Positions 19,114 to 27,302 of a stretch of 64,000 nt of DNA are shown in pieces. A model generated the notes under the pieces. The model ran no database searches. It was not told the DNA's origin and was given only the letters and a program-made list of their open reading frames with translations. Position 1 is the first letter of the stretch, and each line of letters begins with the position of its first letter. A program made the position numbers and the translations under genes. Where the stretch lies: contig CAVXYW010000001.1 of the NCBI GenBank assembly GCA_963766295.1, positions 196,364-260,363 on the forward strand. The letters run 5' to 3'. This stretch comes from an uncultured Actinomycetes bacterium. Its GTDB lineage: Bacteria; Actinomycetota; JAICYB01.

Positions 19114-19434
19114 TCAGCGACGACGGCCGAGCTGCGCACGCAGGCGGGCGAGTCGTTCGTCCCACTGCGCACCCACTTGCGTCATCCAACCCATCGCGTC
19201 GGCGAAGGGCTCCGGCGTGAGGTGAAAGACCAAAACGCGACCGTCTCGTTTAGACGAGACGAGTCCGGCCGACGCCAGCAATGCAAGGTGTTTGCTTACC
19301 GCCTGTCGCGTTATCGGTAGTCGCTCGGACAGCTGGGTCGGAGTTGCTCCACCCAAAGCTGAGAGCTCGGCCACAACCCTTCGTCTGGTCGGGTCGCCGA
19401 GCGCATCGAAGACCGCGCCCGCGTCACCTCTCAT
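19114..19434 (-). CDS. ArsR/SmtB-family transcriptional regulator
   Basis: FDALGDPTRRRVVAELSALGGATPTQLSERLPITRQAVSKHLALLASAGLV. Confidence 0.9.
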   Translation of the reverse strand: MRGDAGAVFDALGDPTRRRVVAELSALGGATPTQLSERLPITRQAVSKHLALLASAGLVSSKRDGRVLVFHLTPEPFADAMGWMTQVGAQWDERLARLRAQLGRRR

Positions 19435-19793
19435 ACAGAAGCGCGTGCGAGAGGCCTGAAACCGATCTGCGGGGACGGAGTTACTGCAGATTCGACCTGC
19501 CGCTCGACGACGCGAACGATCGCGCCGTCCGGAACTTCGTCGATCTCGATCGTCACACGGGATGGATCGTCGCCGAGCCAGCGAAAGATCAGTCGCCGAG
19601 GCGGGTCGAAGTCCTCGACGACAGCACGGCGCTGCGAACCGTCCGGAAAGCTGAAGGTCGCTACCTCACCCTTCTCGAGATCGCCTTCCACGTCGGCGCC
19701 GAACCAGTCGCCGAGCTCGTCGGGTTCTGCGATCGCCGACCACACTTCGTCGGAGTCGGCGGGCACGAACACCTCTTTATGGACGTCGCTCAC
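19431..19793 (-). CDS. SRPBCC/AHSA1-domain protein
   Basis: Only the last 120 codons of ORF 19431..20549 look real (GTG 19793: VSDVHKEVFVPADSDEVWSAIAEPDELGDWFG..). ATGA-type overlap with the ArsR gene, a common ArsR plus SRPBCC pairing. Confidence 0.75.
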   Translation of the reverse strand: MSDVHKEVFVPADSDEVWSAIAEPDELGDWFGADVEGDLEKGEVATFSFPDGSQRRAVVEDFDPPRRLIFRWLGDDPSRVTIEIDEVPDGAIVRVVERQVESAVTPSPQIGFRPLARASV

Positions 19794-19805
19794 CGGCCCA
19801 CTATA

Positions 19806-19864
19806 GCGCAACCTTCCAGTTGCGCATCCCCGGATCTTGAGTAGACTCGCAACCGTAGGGTTGC
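19806..19864. promoter_or_regulatory. Two hairpins/inverted repeats sharing a GCAAC half-site (GCGCAAC-N6-GTTGCGC; GCAACC-N4-GGTTGC)
   Basis: Read in the divergent region between the SRPBCC/ArsR operon and clpP. Function unknown (operator or 5' leader structure). Confidence 0.35.
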
Positions 19865-19892
19865 ACGTCAGACCATGACCAAGGAGGTTGCG

Positions 19893-20552
19893 ATGGGCGA
19901 GCTGCTGATCCCGATGGTCGTCGAGCAGGCAGGCAACGTCGAGCGCTCCTTCGACATCTATTCCCGTTTGCTGCGCGACCGCATCGTCTTCCTCGGCACC
20001 CCGCTGGACGACAACGTCGCGAACCTCATCAACGCCCAGCTGCTGATGCTGGAGCACGAGGACTCGGAACGGGACATCTCGCTTTACATCAACTCTCCGG
20101 GCGGTTCGTCCACTGCGCTGTTCGCGGTCTATGACGTGATGCAGTACATCCGTCCGGACGTCCAGACCATCTGCATGGGTTTCGCCGCATCGGCCGCCGC
20201 GGTGCTGCTCGCAGCCGGTTCGGACGGCAAGCGGTCGGCACTTCCCAACAGTCGCATCCTCATCCATCAGCCACACGGCGAGACCGGTCACGGACAGGTG
20301 AGCGATATCCAGATCCGCGCGAAAGAGATGCTCGAGCAGCGCCAGATGATGAACGAGATCCTCGCCCGACACACGGGCCAAGACGTCGAAACCATCGCCC
20401 GGGACACCGACCGCGACAACATCATGTCGCCGACGGAAGCTCTGACTTACGGTCTCCTCGACAAGGTGATCGAGCCGCGCAGTCTCGACCGCATGGGAGC
20501 GTTCGTGCCATCGGTCCCGGCCGAGAAGGAAGGCAACGGCGCCAAGCACTGA
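19893..20552 (+). CDS. clpP: ATP-dependent Clp protease proteolytic subunit
   Basis: AAGGAGG lies 6 nt before ATG 19893. Sequence runs [56 protein letters not shown], so the Ser-His-Asp context is present. Confidence 0.92.
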   Translation: MGELLIPMVVEQAGNVERSFDIYSRLLRDRIVFLGTPLDDNVANLINAQLLMLEHEDSERDISLYINSPGGSSTALFAVYDVMQYIRPDVQTICMGFAASAAAVLLAAGSDGKRSALPNSRILIHQPHGETGHGQVSDIQIRAKEMLEQRQMMNEILARHTGQDVETIARDTDRDNIMSPTEALTYGLLDKVIEPRSLDRMGAFVPSVPAEKEGNGAKH

Positions 20553-20577
20553 CTCCCGTCGGGGCTATCCTCCGTGG

Positions 20578-21351
20578 ATGGCCGGACAACCCGTCGGTGC
20601 ACACGTCGCTCCCGACCAACCGCTGAAGATCGCGGAGTCGCTGGACGCCGATTGCGTGCAGATCTTCCTGTCCGATCCTCAGAGCTTCAAGAAACCTCCG
20701 ACACGACCAGACGCGGATGAGCTTCGCGACTCCGACATCGCCGTTTACATCCACGCCCCGTATCTGATCAACGTCTGCTCACCGAAGAACAACATCCGGT
20801 TCGGCTCCCGGAAGATCCTCCAGGAAACCTGCGACGCAGCCGCTGCGGTGGGTGCCGCTGCAGTGATCGTCCACGGAGGACACGCCGACGACGATGTGAA
20901 GGAAGGTTTCGGACGGTGGGTGCGAAGCCTCGAGATGCTGAAGTCGGAAGTGCCGCTGTTCATCGAGAACACTCCCGGCGGCAAGAACGCAGTAGCGAAA
21001 CGCTTCGAGGATCTGGCGAAGTTATGGGAGGCGATCCACAAGAAGCCTCCGGACTACCCGATCGGACTCTGCTTCGACACGTGCCACGCGCACGCCGCGG
21101 GTGAAGAACTAACGGACGCCGTCGAGCGCGTGCTGGCGATCACAGGAAAGATCGATCTCGTTCACGCCAACGACTCGAAAGACGAAGCAGGAAAGGGACG
21201 CGACCGTCACACAAATCTGGGCGCGGGCAACATCGATCCCGATGTCATGCGGCACATGATCGCTGCGGCGAAATCTCCGGTTATCTGCGAGACGCCGGGG
21301 ACCGTCGACGACGTCGCCGAAGACATCGCCTTCGTCCGTGCGGCTCTTTAG
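20578..21351 (+). CDS. nfo: Deoxyribonuclease IV / AP endonuclease family 2
   Basis: 257 aa TIM-barrel pattern HAPYLINVCSP..VIVHGG..ENTPG..CFDTCHAHAAG..HANDSKD..RDRHTNLGAG. Confidence 0.85.
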   Translation: MAGQPVGAHVAPDQPLKIAESLDADCVQIFLSDPQSFKKPPTRPDADELRDSDIAVYIHAPYLINVCSPKNNIRFGSRKILQETCDAAAAVGAAAVIVHGGHADDDVKEGFGRWVRSLEMLKSEVPLFIENTPGGKNAVAKRFEDLAKLWEAIHKKPPDYPIGLCFDTCHAHAAGEELTDAVERVLAITGKIDLVHANDSKDEAGKGRDRHTNLGAGNIDPDVMRHMIAAAKSPVICETPGTVDDVAEDIAFVRAAL

Positions 21352-22098
21352 ATGAGAGGTCTGTCGAAGAAGGACGACGCATACGGCCAGGAGATCCTCT
21401 CCGTCCTTAAAGGACAGGAAGCTCCCGAAATAATCGAACGGGACGACGGCTACATCGAGTCCTACGGAGGGCACTACCTATTCGCGCCTTACGCCAAGTG
21501 GGACGCCAACGAACGCAAGGCCATCCGGCTAGCTCGAGGGCGCGTGCTGGACGTAGGCGCCGGTGGGGGTCGTGTGAGCTTGTATCTCCAAGCCAAGGGA
21601 TTGGATGTACTTGCGATCGACATCTCACCGCTCGCGATCGATGTCTGCAAGAGGCGCGGCGTGAAGAACGCGCGAGTCCTCGACTTCGCGAAGATCGATC
21701 AGAGGCTGGGAAGCTTCGACACGATCGTTCTGTACGGGAACAATTTCGGCTTGTTCGGTTCCCCAACGCGGGCGAAGCGGCTGCTGCGCCGCCTGCACCG
21801 GATGACTTCGCCGCAGGCCCGCATCCTCGGCGAGACGGTCGATCCGCACCAAACCACAAACCTCGATCACCTCGCGTACCACCGCTTCAACCGCAAGCGC
21901 GGCAGGATGGCCGGTCAACTGCGCATCCGTGCGCGCTCCCGCGCGCTCAAGACTCCGTGGTTCGACTACCTGTTCGTCTCCCGTACGGAGATGCGCACGA
22001 TCGTCGAACAAACGGGCTGGCGTGTCGTCCGCACCTATCCACAGCGCGGCCCCCAGTACATAGCGCTGCTTGAGAAGGAGAACCCCAAGGGTCGTTAG
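21352..22098 (+). CDS. Class I SAM-dependent methyltransferase
   Basis: Motif I VLDVGAGGGRVSLYL. Abuts the nfo stop codon. Confidence 0.8.
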   Translation: MRGLSKKDDAYGQEILSVLKGQEAPEIIERDDGYIESYGGHYLFAPYAKWDANERKAIRLARGRVLDVGAGGGRVSLYLQAKGLDVLAIDISPLAIDVCKRRGVKNARVLDFAKIDQRLGSFDTIVLYGNNFGLFGSPTRAKRLLRRLHRMTSPQARILGETVDPHQTTNLDHLAYHRFNRKRGRMAGQLRIRARSRALKTPWFDYLFVSRTEMRTIVEQTGWRVVRTYPQRGPQYIALLEKENPKGR

Positions 22099-23207
22099 GA
22101 CTCTTCGTGGTCGCCCGACTCGCCATCCGTCCAGTCGTAGACGTAAGTCCCAGGACGGGTGAATTCGGTTCCCTCCGGTTCCTTCGGGGTGCGGTCGACG
22201 GGCCGTTTGGTCGGGATGGTCATCCCTTCCACACGTCCACCCATCCATTGGCTCGGTGTCGCGACGATTCGCTCGGCGAGTGCCAGAACATTCGACTCGT
22301 AGTTCACCCGCCATCCGCGAAAGTCGGCCCAAGCTTCCTCGGCGGTGCGCTCAAGGGGAAACCCGATTTCCTCCAGGTGTTTCACACCCATTCGGAATTC
22401 GTCATACGAGACGACGATCGGATCGTCGGGATGCGGGTCGGCGTTGTAGGGAATGTACAGCGTGTCCGCGAGCGTGCGAAGCGCAGTGAATCCCATCCGT
22501 AGGCAAAGACGAGCTTGAGAAGGTGCCGTTTGTGGACACAGGGCAGTGTGGAGCGCGGCAGCATCCAGTACCGCCAGCAGTCCCGTGAGCCACGAGCGCA
22601 ACGGATCGGGCGAACGGAAAAAGAGGAGTATCGGGTAAGTCGAGTGCGACTCGGCCACGTCCGCGCACCATTCCTCCCAGTTCTCGTAAAACTTGGGAAG
22701 GCTGTCGGTGATACCAATGCGCTGATGGCGCCAAAGAATCTCGGGACCCCACGCAGGCGCGCCGGCTCTTGCCTCCAGGAGCGTCACGGCGTTCTCCCGT
22801 CGGTTGAAAGCTCCATACAGAGTGGGCAGGTAACCGATGAGCAATCCCCCGACGGCAAGACCCGACGCCGCGGCGATGATGTCCGTCACTGTTGCGCCCG
22901 GCGTCCGCGTAGTTGCGAAACCCAGGGTCAGCAATGAGGACCCCGACTCTCGGAAGGCATCAGTGATCGTGAGTGGTGAGTTCGCCCACAAGATCAAAGC
23001 GAAACCGCTGAGAAGCATCCCAAGCCAAGTCACGAATAGGACGATGAGGAACCATGGCGCTTGGAACGCGAGAATCTTGTCTTTCGCCTCGTAGGTGCTG
23101 AACGGCTTCACGAGGACACGGAAGACGGACCGTATGAATGCGGCAACGTACGCGGCAATGCGTGACGGCGTGTCGCGTGGAACGATGAGCGTCGCCACGA
23201 CGCTCAC
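22095..23207 (-). CDS. Two-TM pore-loop (K+-channel-like) membrane protein with a roughly 220-aa cytoplasmic domain
   Basis: TM1 is FLIVLFVTWLGMLLSGFALILW. A pore-helix-like segment with degenerate filter follows (LTITDAFRESGSSLLTLGFATTRTPG), then TM2 IIAAASGLAVGGLLIGYL. A possible 17-codon upstream extension is discussed in the findings. Confidence 0.55.
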   Translation of the reverse strand: MSVVATLIVPRDTPSRIAAYVAAFIRSVFRVLVKPFSTYEAKDKILAFQAPWFLIVLFVTWLGMLLSGFALILWANSPLTITDAFRESGSSLLTLGFATTRTPGATVTDIIAAASGLAVGGLLIGYLPTLYGAFNRRENAVTLLEARAGAPAWGPEILWRHQRIGITDSLPKFYENWEEWCADVAESHSTYPILLFFRSPDPLRSWLTGLLAVLDAAALHTALCPQTAPSQARLCLRMGFTALRTLADTLYIPYNADPHPDDPIVVSYDEFRMGVKHLEEIGFPLERTAEEAWADFRGWRVNYESNVLALAERIVATPSQWMGGRVEGMTIPTKRPVDRTPKEPEGTEFTRPGTYVYDWTDGESGDHEES

Positions 23208-23300
23208 ATAAGTAGCGATAACGACTGATAGCCCGGCGGCTAGCGCGACGTACTTCAGGTGAGTGTCTCTCCCGGTTTCACCGTTAATACCTCGACGCCA

Positions 23301-23959
23301 TCACCGACGAGCTCGGCTAACTCGTCCGGGCGTGCCGGTCAGGACGGGGAACGTCCCGTAATGCATCGGGACGACGACCTTCGCCTCGAGAAGATCGACG
23401 GCATACGCGGCTTCCTTCGGCGACATCGTGTAGAAGTCGCCGATCGGCAGGAAGCAAACGTCGGGCTGATATAGCTCGCCGATGATCTCCATGTCGCCGA
23501 AGACCGTCGTGTCCCCCGCGTAGTAGATCCGAAGACCGCCGGGAAATTCGATGATGTAGCCGGCGGCAACGCCTCCGTACAGGATCTGGTCGCCGTCACT
23601 TATGCCGCACGAGTGGGCGGCCTGAGTCATCGTGAAGCGGACGCCTTCGGACTCCGCGGTGCCGCCGAGGTTCATGCCGGTCACGTTCGGGACGTCCTTC
23701 GCACCGAGCCACATCGCGGTCTCGAAGATCGCAAATGTTTGCGGCTCGTGCTTCTTGCAGATCTCGAGGGCGTCGCCGATGTGGTCGAAGTGCGCGTGGG
23801 TGATCAGGACGAGATCGAGCTGATCGAGTTCCTTCTTGTCATCGGGACACCCAGGATTGTTCATAACCCAGGGATCGACGAGGACGACTTTCCCTTCGGT
23901 CGTCTTGAACTTGTAAGTGCCGTGTCCGAGCCACGTCGCTTCGTCCCCTTAAGGTCCAT
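23301..23959 (-). pseudogene. UPF0173-type metal-dependent hydrolase (MBL fold) with an apparent frameshift near codon 5
   Basis: AGGAGG plus ATG at 23959 opens a frame that stops after 32 codons. Shifting -1 at the GGGG run (23945-23948) gives MDLKG/DEATWLGHGTYKFKTTEGKVVLVDPWVMNNPGCPDD.., continuous with ORF 23301..23864 (LITHAHFDHIGD). Confidence 0.7.
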
Positions 23960-23968
23960 GCGTTCCTC

Positions 23969-24706
23969 CTATCTGATGCGGTACCCACCGTCGACTGGGA
24001 TCGTCATCCCGGTGACGAAATCCGACGCCGATGAAGCCAGGAACACGGCCGCTCCCGCGTGGTCCTCCGGTTGGCCCCAGCGGCCCATCGGTGTGCGCAG
24101 CAAGACCTCGTCGTTCATCTCGGGAAAGTTCTGAACGGGCTCGGTCATCGGCGTCGCGATCCAGCCGGGTTGTATCGCATTCACCTGGAAATTCGGCGCC
24201 AAGTCGATGGCCATCGTCTTGGTCAAGCCTTCCAAACCATGTTTGGAGGCCGAATATGAAACGAGGTTGGGTCCGCCGAACGTCGCGTACTCGCTGACGA
24301 TGTTGATGATCTTTCCGCGTTCGGCTCGCTGCGCGAAGCACTGCGATGCAACCAGAGCCGAGGTGAGGTTCACGTCGAGCACGCGCCGCCAGCCATCCAA
24401 AGGATGGTTGGGGACCGGTCCCCACACTGCCATCCCGGCGTTGTTCACCAGGACGTCGAGGGAGCCGAAGTCGTCGAAGGCACGTTCGACGACTGCGGTT
24501 ACGGCATCGGCGTCGCCCACATCGAGCACGTAGGCGCGATGTTGGTCGCCGAGCTCGGCAACGGTCTTTTCGTTGCGTTCCTCGTTTCGGGCAGCGATCG
24601 CTATGCGCGCGCCGTGGTCCGCGAGCGCGATCGCGATCGCCCGTCCGATCCCCGAGTTACCCCCGGTGACCAGCGCGACCTTTCCGTCCAATCCGAAGTC
24701 CGGCAC
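23969..24706 (-). CDS. SDR-family oxidoreductase (FabG-like)
   Basis: TGGNSGIGRAIA..NNAG..YSASKHGLEGLTK; 245 aa. Confidence 0.9.
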   Translation of the reverse strand: MPDFGLDGKVALVTGGNSGIGRAIAIALADHGARIAIAARNEERNEKTVAELGDQHRAYVLDVGDADAVTAVVERAFDDFGSLDVLVNNAGMAVWGPVPNHPLDGWRRVLDVNLTSALVASQCFAQRAERGKIINIVSEYATFGGPNLVSYSASKHGLEGLTKTMAIDLAPNFQVNAIQPGWIATPMTEPVQNFPEMNDEVLLRTPMGRWGQPEDHAGAAVFLASSASDFVTGMTIPVDGGYRIR

Positions 24707-24789
24707 GAGTGAGAGCTTGCAACCCCGGGAGTCGCCGGGGCCAGTCGAAGGCTCGGAGCGATACCCCGTACGTGCGACGATTGCGCTCG

Positions 24790-25686
24790 ATGGACCTCGA
24801 GGTCATCCGCGAGATCGACGACGCGCAGCTTTCAGCGCTTAGATCGCTATTCGACGCCGCTCGCGAAAGCGACCACCACGAACCGCTCGGGGAACACAAG
24901 TGGCTCGATCTGGTTCACGGCGGACGCCGAGCGTTCGCCGGAGTCGTCGGGCGAGAAGGTGAGGACGCTGTGGGCTACGCCCACCTATCCCGCCACCACA
25001 AACCGAGCGGCGCGGAGTGGGGCCTCGAGGTTGTCGTCCACCCCGATCATCGAGGCAAAGGCGCAGAGGAGGTCTTGCTCCGGCGCGCGCTCGATGTCGT
25101 CGTCGAAGAAGGAGGCGGCCATCTTCATTGGTGGGTCTTCCAGCCGGACGATGCGCACGACCAGGCTTCCGCAAATCTGGGCTTCAAGAAGGGACGAGAC
25201 TTGCTGCACATGAAGGTGCTGCTGCCGCTGAGCTTCGACGTGCACCTGCCGGAAGGAGTTCGGCTCCGTAGCTTTGATGTGGGTCGCGATGAAGAAGCCT
25301 GGATCCAAGTAAACAACCGCGCGTTCGCCCAGCATCCCGAACAAGGATCGTGGGACCGCGACACGCTCGATCGGCGCATGGCCGAGGACTGGTTCGATCC
25401 CGAAGGCTTCCTGCTCGCCGAGGACGATTCAGGACTGGCAGGTTTTTGCTGGACGAAGATCAACCCAAGCTGCGGCGAGATCTATGTGATCGGCGTCGAT
25501 CCGTCCCGGCACGGATCGGGACTCGGCAAGTCGCTTGCCGTCGCAGGCCTGCAGTACTTAGCCGACAGGGGCGTCATGATGGGATGCCTTTATGTGGACT
25601 CGGGCGAGAAGGCGCCGGTCGAGCTGTACCGTAAGCTCGGCTTCGAGGTCGATCACTTCGACCGGGCCTACGTGAAGGACGTCTAA
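24790..25686 (+). CDS. mshD: Mycothiol synthase (tandem GNAT acetyltransferase)
   Basis: Start at MDLEVIREIDD. Two GNAT halves (..VVVHPDHRGKGAEEVLL.. and ..IGVDPSRHGSGLGKSLAVAG..) with the typical MshD length and layout. Confidence 0.8.
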   Translation: MDLEVIREIDDAQLSALRSLFDAARESDHHEPLGEHKWLDLVHGGRRAFAGVVGREGEDAVGYAHLSRHHKPSGAEWGLEVVVHPDHRGKGAEEVLLRRALDVVVEEGGGHLHWWVFQPDDAHDQASANLGFKKGRDLLHMKVLLPLSFDVHLPEGVRLRSFDVGRDEEAWIQVNNRAFAQHPEQGSWDRDTLDRRMAEDWFDPEGFLLAEDDSGLAGFCWTKINPSCGEIYVIGVDPSRHGSGLGKSLAVAGLQYLADRGVMMGCLYVDSGEKAPVELYRKLGFEVDHFDRAYVKDV

Positions 25687-25753
25687 CGACGCCGCAAGTA
25701 GTCCTTATCGCGACCAGGTTGCAGAAGCAAGCAGGACCCGGTATCAACGAGGG

Positions 25754-26626
25754 ATGGAAACCTCGGCCACCGGCTTCGGCCTTGCCCTGCTCTTCTCGTC
25801 CTTCGCCTTCGGGTTCCGGCACGGCATCGATTGGGACCACATCGCCGCGATCACCGACATAACGTCCTCGCAGCGTTCTGTTCGCATCGGACTGAAGTTC
25901 GCAACGCTTTATGCCGCAGGCCACGCCGTTGTCGTCTTCGTGATCGGCGTCGTCGCCATCGCTGTAGGCAAGAATCTGCCGGATTCCATCGACTCCGCCA
26001 TGGGCCGCGTGGTTGGGGCGACCTTAGTCATCCTCGGCATTTACGTGCTCTATGCGCTCATCCGCTATCGAGAAGATTTCCGCTTGCGCAGCCGCTGGAT
26101 GCTGCTCTTCGACGGCGTCCGGCGTGCTTATCGGTGGGTACGACGCCGTGGGCAAGCGTCTTCGATCGAACACGAACATGTTCACTTCTCTAACGATGGC
26201 TTCGAGCACCACGATCACGACGGCGGGCTTGTGAGCGAAGGCGCTGCGTCCGTCGCCACGCGAACTCACACGCACAGCCATACGCACACGGACCCATTCA
26301 TGAACTACGGGACAGGGACGTCTCTCGCCGTTGGAATGCTGCACGGCGTGGGGGCCGAGACTCCCACGCAGGTGCTCATATTCCTCACGGCTGCAAAAGC
26401 AGGCGGCGTCGGTGCCGGGATCATCGTTCTGGCCGTCTTCCTGCTCGGCCTCTTCGCGGCGAACACCGCGCTTGCATTCGCCTCCGCCTCAGGGTTCCTG
26501 GCGGCTTCTAAGCGATTCCCGATTTATGCAGGAGTGTCGATAGTCACTGCGGTTGCAAGCTTGGTTTTGGGAGTGGCCTTCCTCCTGGGCCAGGACTCCT
26601 GGCTGCCGGTGTTCTTTGGCGGCTAG
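25754..26626 (+). CDS. NicO/NiCoT-family nickel/cobalt transporter with His-rich loop
   Basis: FGFRHGIDWDHIAAITDI matches the HX4DH NiCoT signature. Central loop is HEHVHFSNDGFEHHDHDGG..THTHSHTHTD. About 6 TM helices. Confidence 0.75.
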   Translation: METSATGFGLALLFSSFAFGFRHGIDWDHIAAITDITSSQRSVRIGLKFATLYAAGHAVVVFVIGVVAIAVGKNLPDSIDSAMGRVVGATLVILGIYVLYALIRYREDFRLRSRWMLLFDGVRRAYRWVRRRGQASSIEHEHVHFSNDGFEHHDHDGGLVSEGAASVATRTHTHSHTHTDPFMNYGTGTSLAVGMLHGVGAETPTQVLIFLTAAKAGGVGAGIIVLAVFLLGLFAANTALAFASASGFLAASKRFPIYAGVSIVTAVASLVLGVAFLLGQDSWLPVFFGG

Positions 26627-27053
26627 CTCGCCCGGCATTTCGAACACAAACCGACGATCGCGAAATGGCGGCGATCAACCTCGAACCCGTGATCCTTATC
26701 GATCGACCTTAGGAACGGCCGGAGCTTCGCCGACGGGAGCTCGATCGACGCTCTTCGCACCTTTCGCAAACCAGGTGCTGATGCTCCTCGTCGGCCAAGT
26801 GATAGATCGCACGTCCATGCCCGAGGTGCACATGGTCGACGATGCCCAACTCTTCCAAGGTCTCGAGCGTGCGGTAGATCGTCGAGATGTTCACCGAAGG
26901 GAACTTGCGCTGCACCCGTGAGGCAAGCTCCTCGGCGGTCAGGTGGTCGCGCGCGTCGAGCAAAGTCTCGACGATCACCTGTCTCGCGGCCGTGCGCCTT
27001 CCACCGGCTGCGGACAGGGCTTCAAGGATCTCTTCGGTCCGTGTTGCGGCCAT
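26623..27053 (-). pseudogene. Fur-family (Nur-like?) metalloregulator with an apparent 1-nt deletion after CERC
   Basis: ORF 26709..27065 ends in an Arg/Ser-rich tail straight after HLVCERC. Restoring one G at about 26756 gives ..CERCGRASIELPSAKLRPFLRSIDKDHGFEVDRRHFAIVGLCSKCRAS*, which recovers the second CxxC and a length of about 143 aa. The stop then overlaps the NicO stop in the palindrome GCTAGC. Confidence 0.7.
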
Positions 27054-27059
27054 GAGCAG

Positions 27060-27094
27060 TTGCAAGGTTATTGCAGTAAGGCTATTGCAGTAAG
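27060..27094. promoter_or_regulatory. TTGCAA-N5-TTGCAG-N8-TTGCAG; tandem TATTGCAGTAAG x2; candidate Nur/Fur-type operator
   Basis: Read directly. Lies 7 nt upstream of the fur-like ATG (27053) and just upstream of a TAGAAT -10-like hexamer (27113-27118) preceding the riboswitch. Confidence 0.5.
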
Positions 27095-27126
27095 CCCGGT
27101 CGAGCAGCTGTATAGAATCCGATCAA

Positions 27127-27300
27127 GCAGCGCGGTGGGTGCCCCAGCGGCCCGGATGCCCTGGGGGCGTGAGAACGCAGCGAAGCCGGTGAGAGTCCGG
27201 CGCTGACCCGCAACTGTAAGTGGGAGGCGACTCCCACGAGCCAGGACGACTCGTCCGCCGCGGTGCTCCGGTCTCCTTCGAGGAACGAGGAGGTGGAGCT
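27127..27300 (+). promoter_or_regulatory. Cobalamin (B12) riboswitch with SD-sequestering expression platform
   Basis: Core GAAGCCGGTGAGAGTCCGGCGCTGACCCGCAACTGTAAG (27182-27220) and B12-box-like GAGCCAGGACGAC (27238-27250). P1 is GCAGCGCGG/CCGCGGTGC. TCTCCTTC (27272-27279) is complementary to the SD GAGGAGG (27287-27293). Confidence 0.8.
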
Positions 27301-27302
27301 TC

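Noticed and set aside
19431-20549. 372-aa ORF on the minus strand covering the whole clpP locus
   Set aside because: Only its last 120 codons (SRPBCC domain) look like protein. The rest is Arg/His-rich shadow antisense to a clearly genuine clpP that has a strong SD.
26636-26667. Hairpin CATTTCG-N18-CGAAATG as a bidirectional terminator between nicO and the fur-like gene
   Set aside because: After frame repair it lies inside the fur-like coding sequence (..RRHFAIVGLCSKC..), and it has no U-tract.
27069-27094. Tandem TATTGCAGTAAG repeat as a CRISPR or minisatellite
   Set aside because: There are only two copies, 14 nt apart, in a promoter region. An operator is the better explanation.
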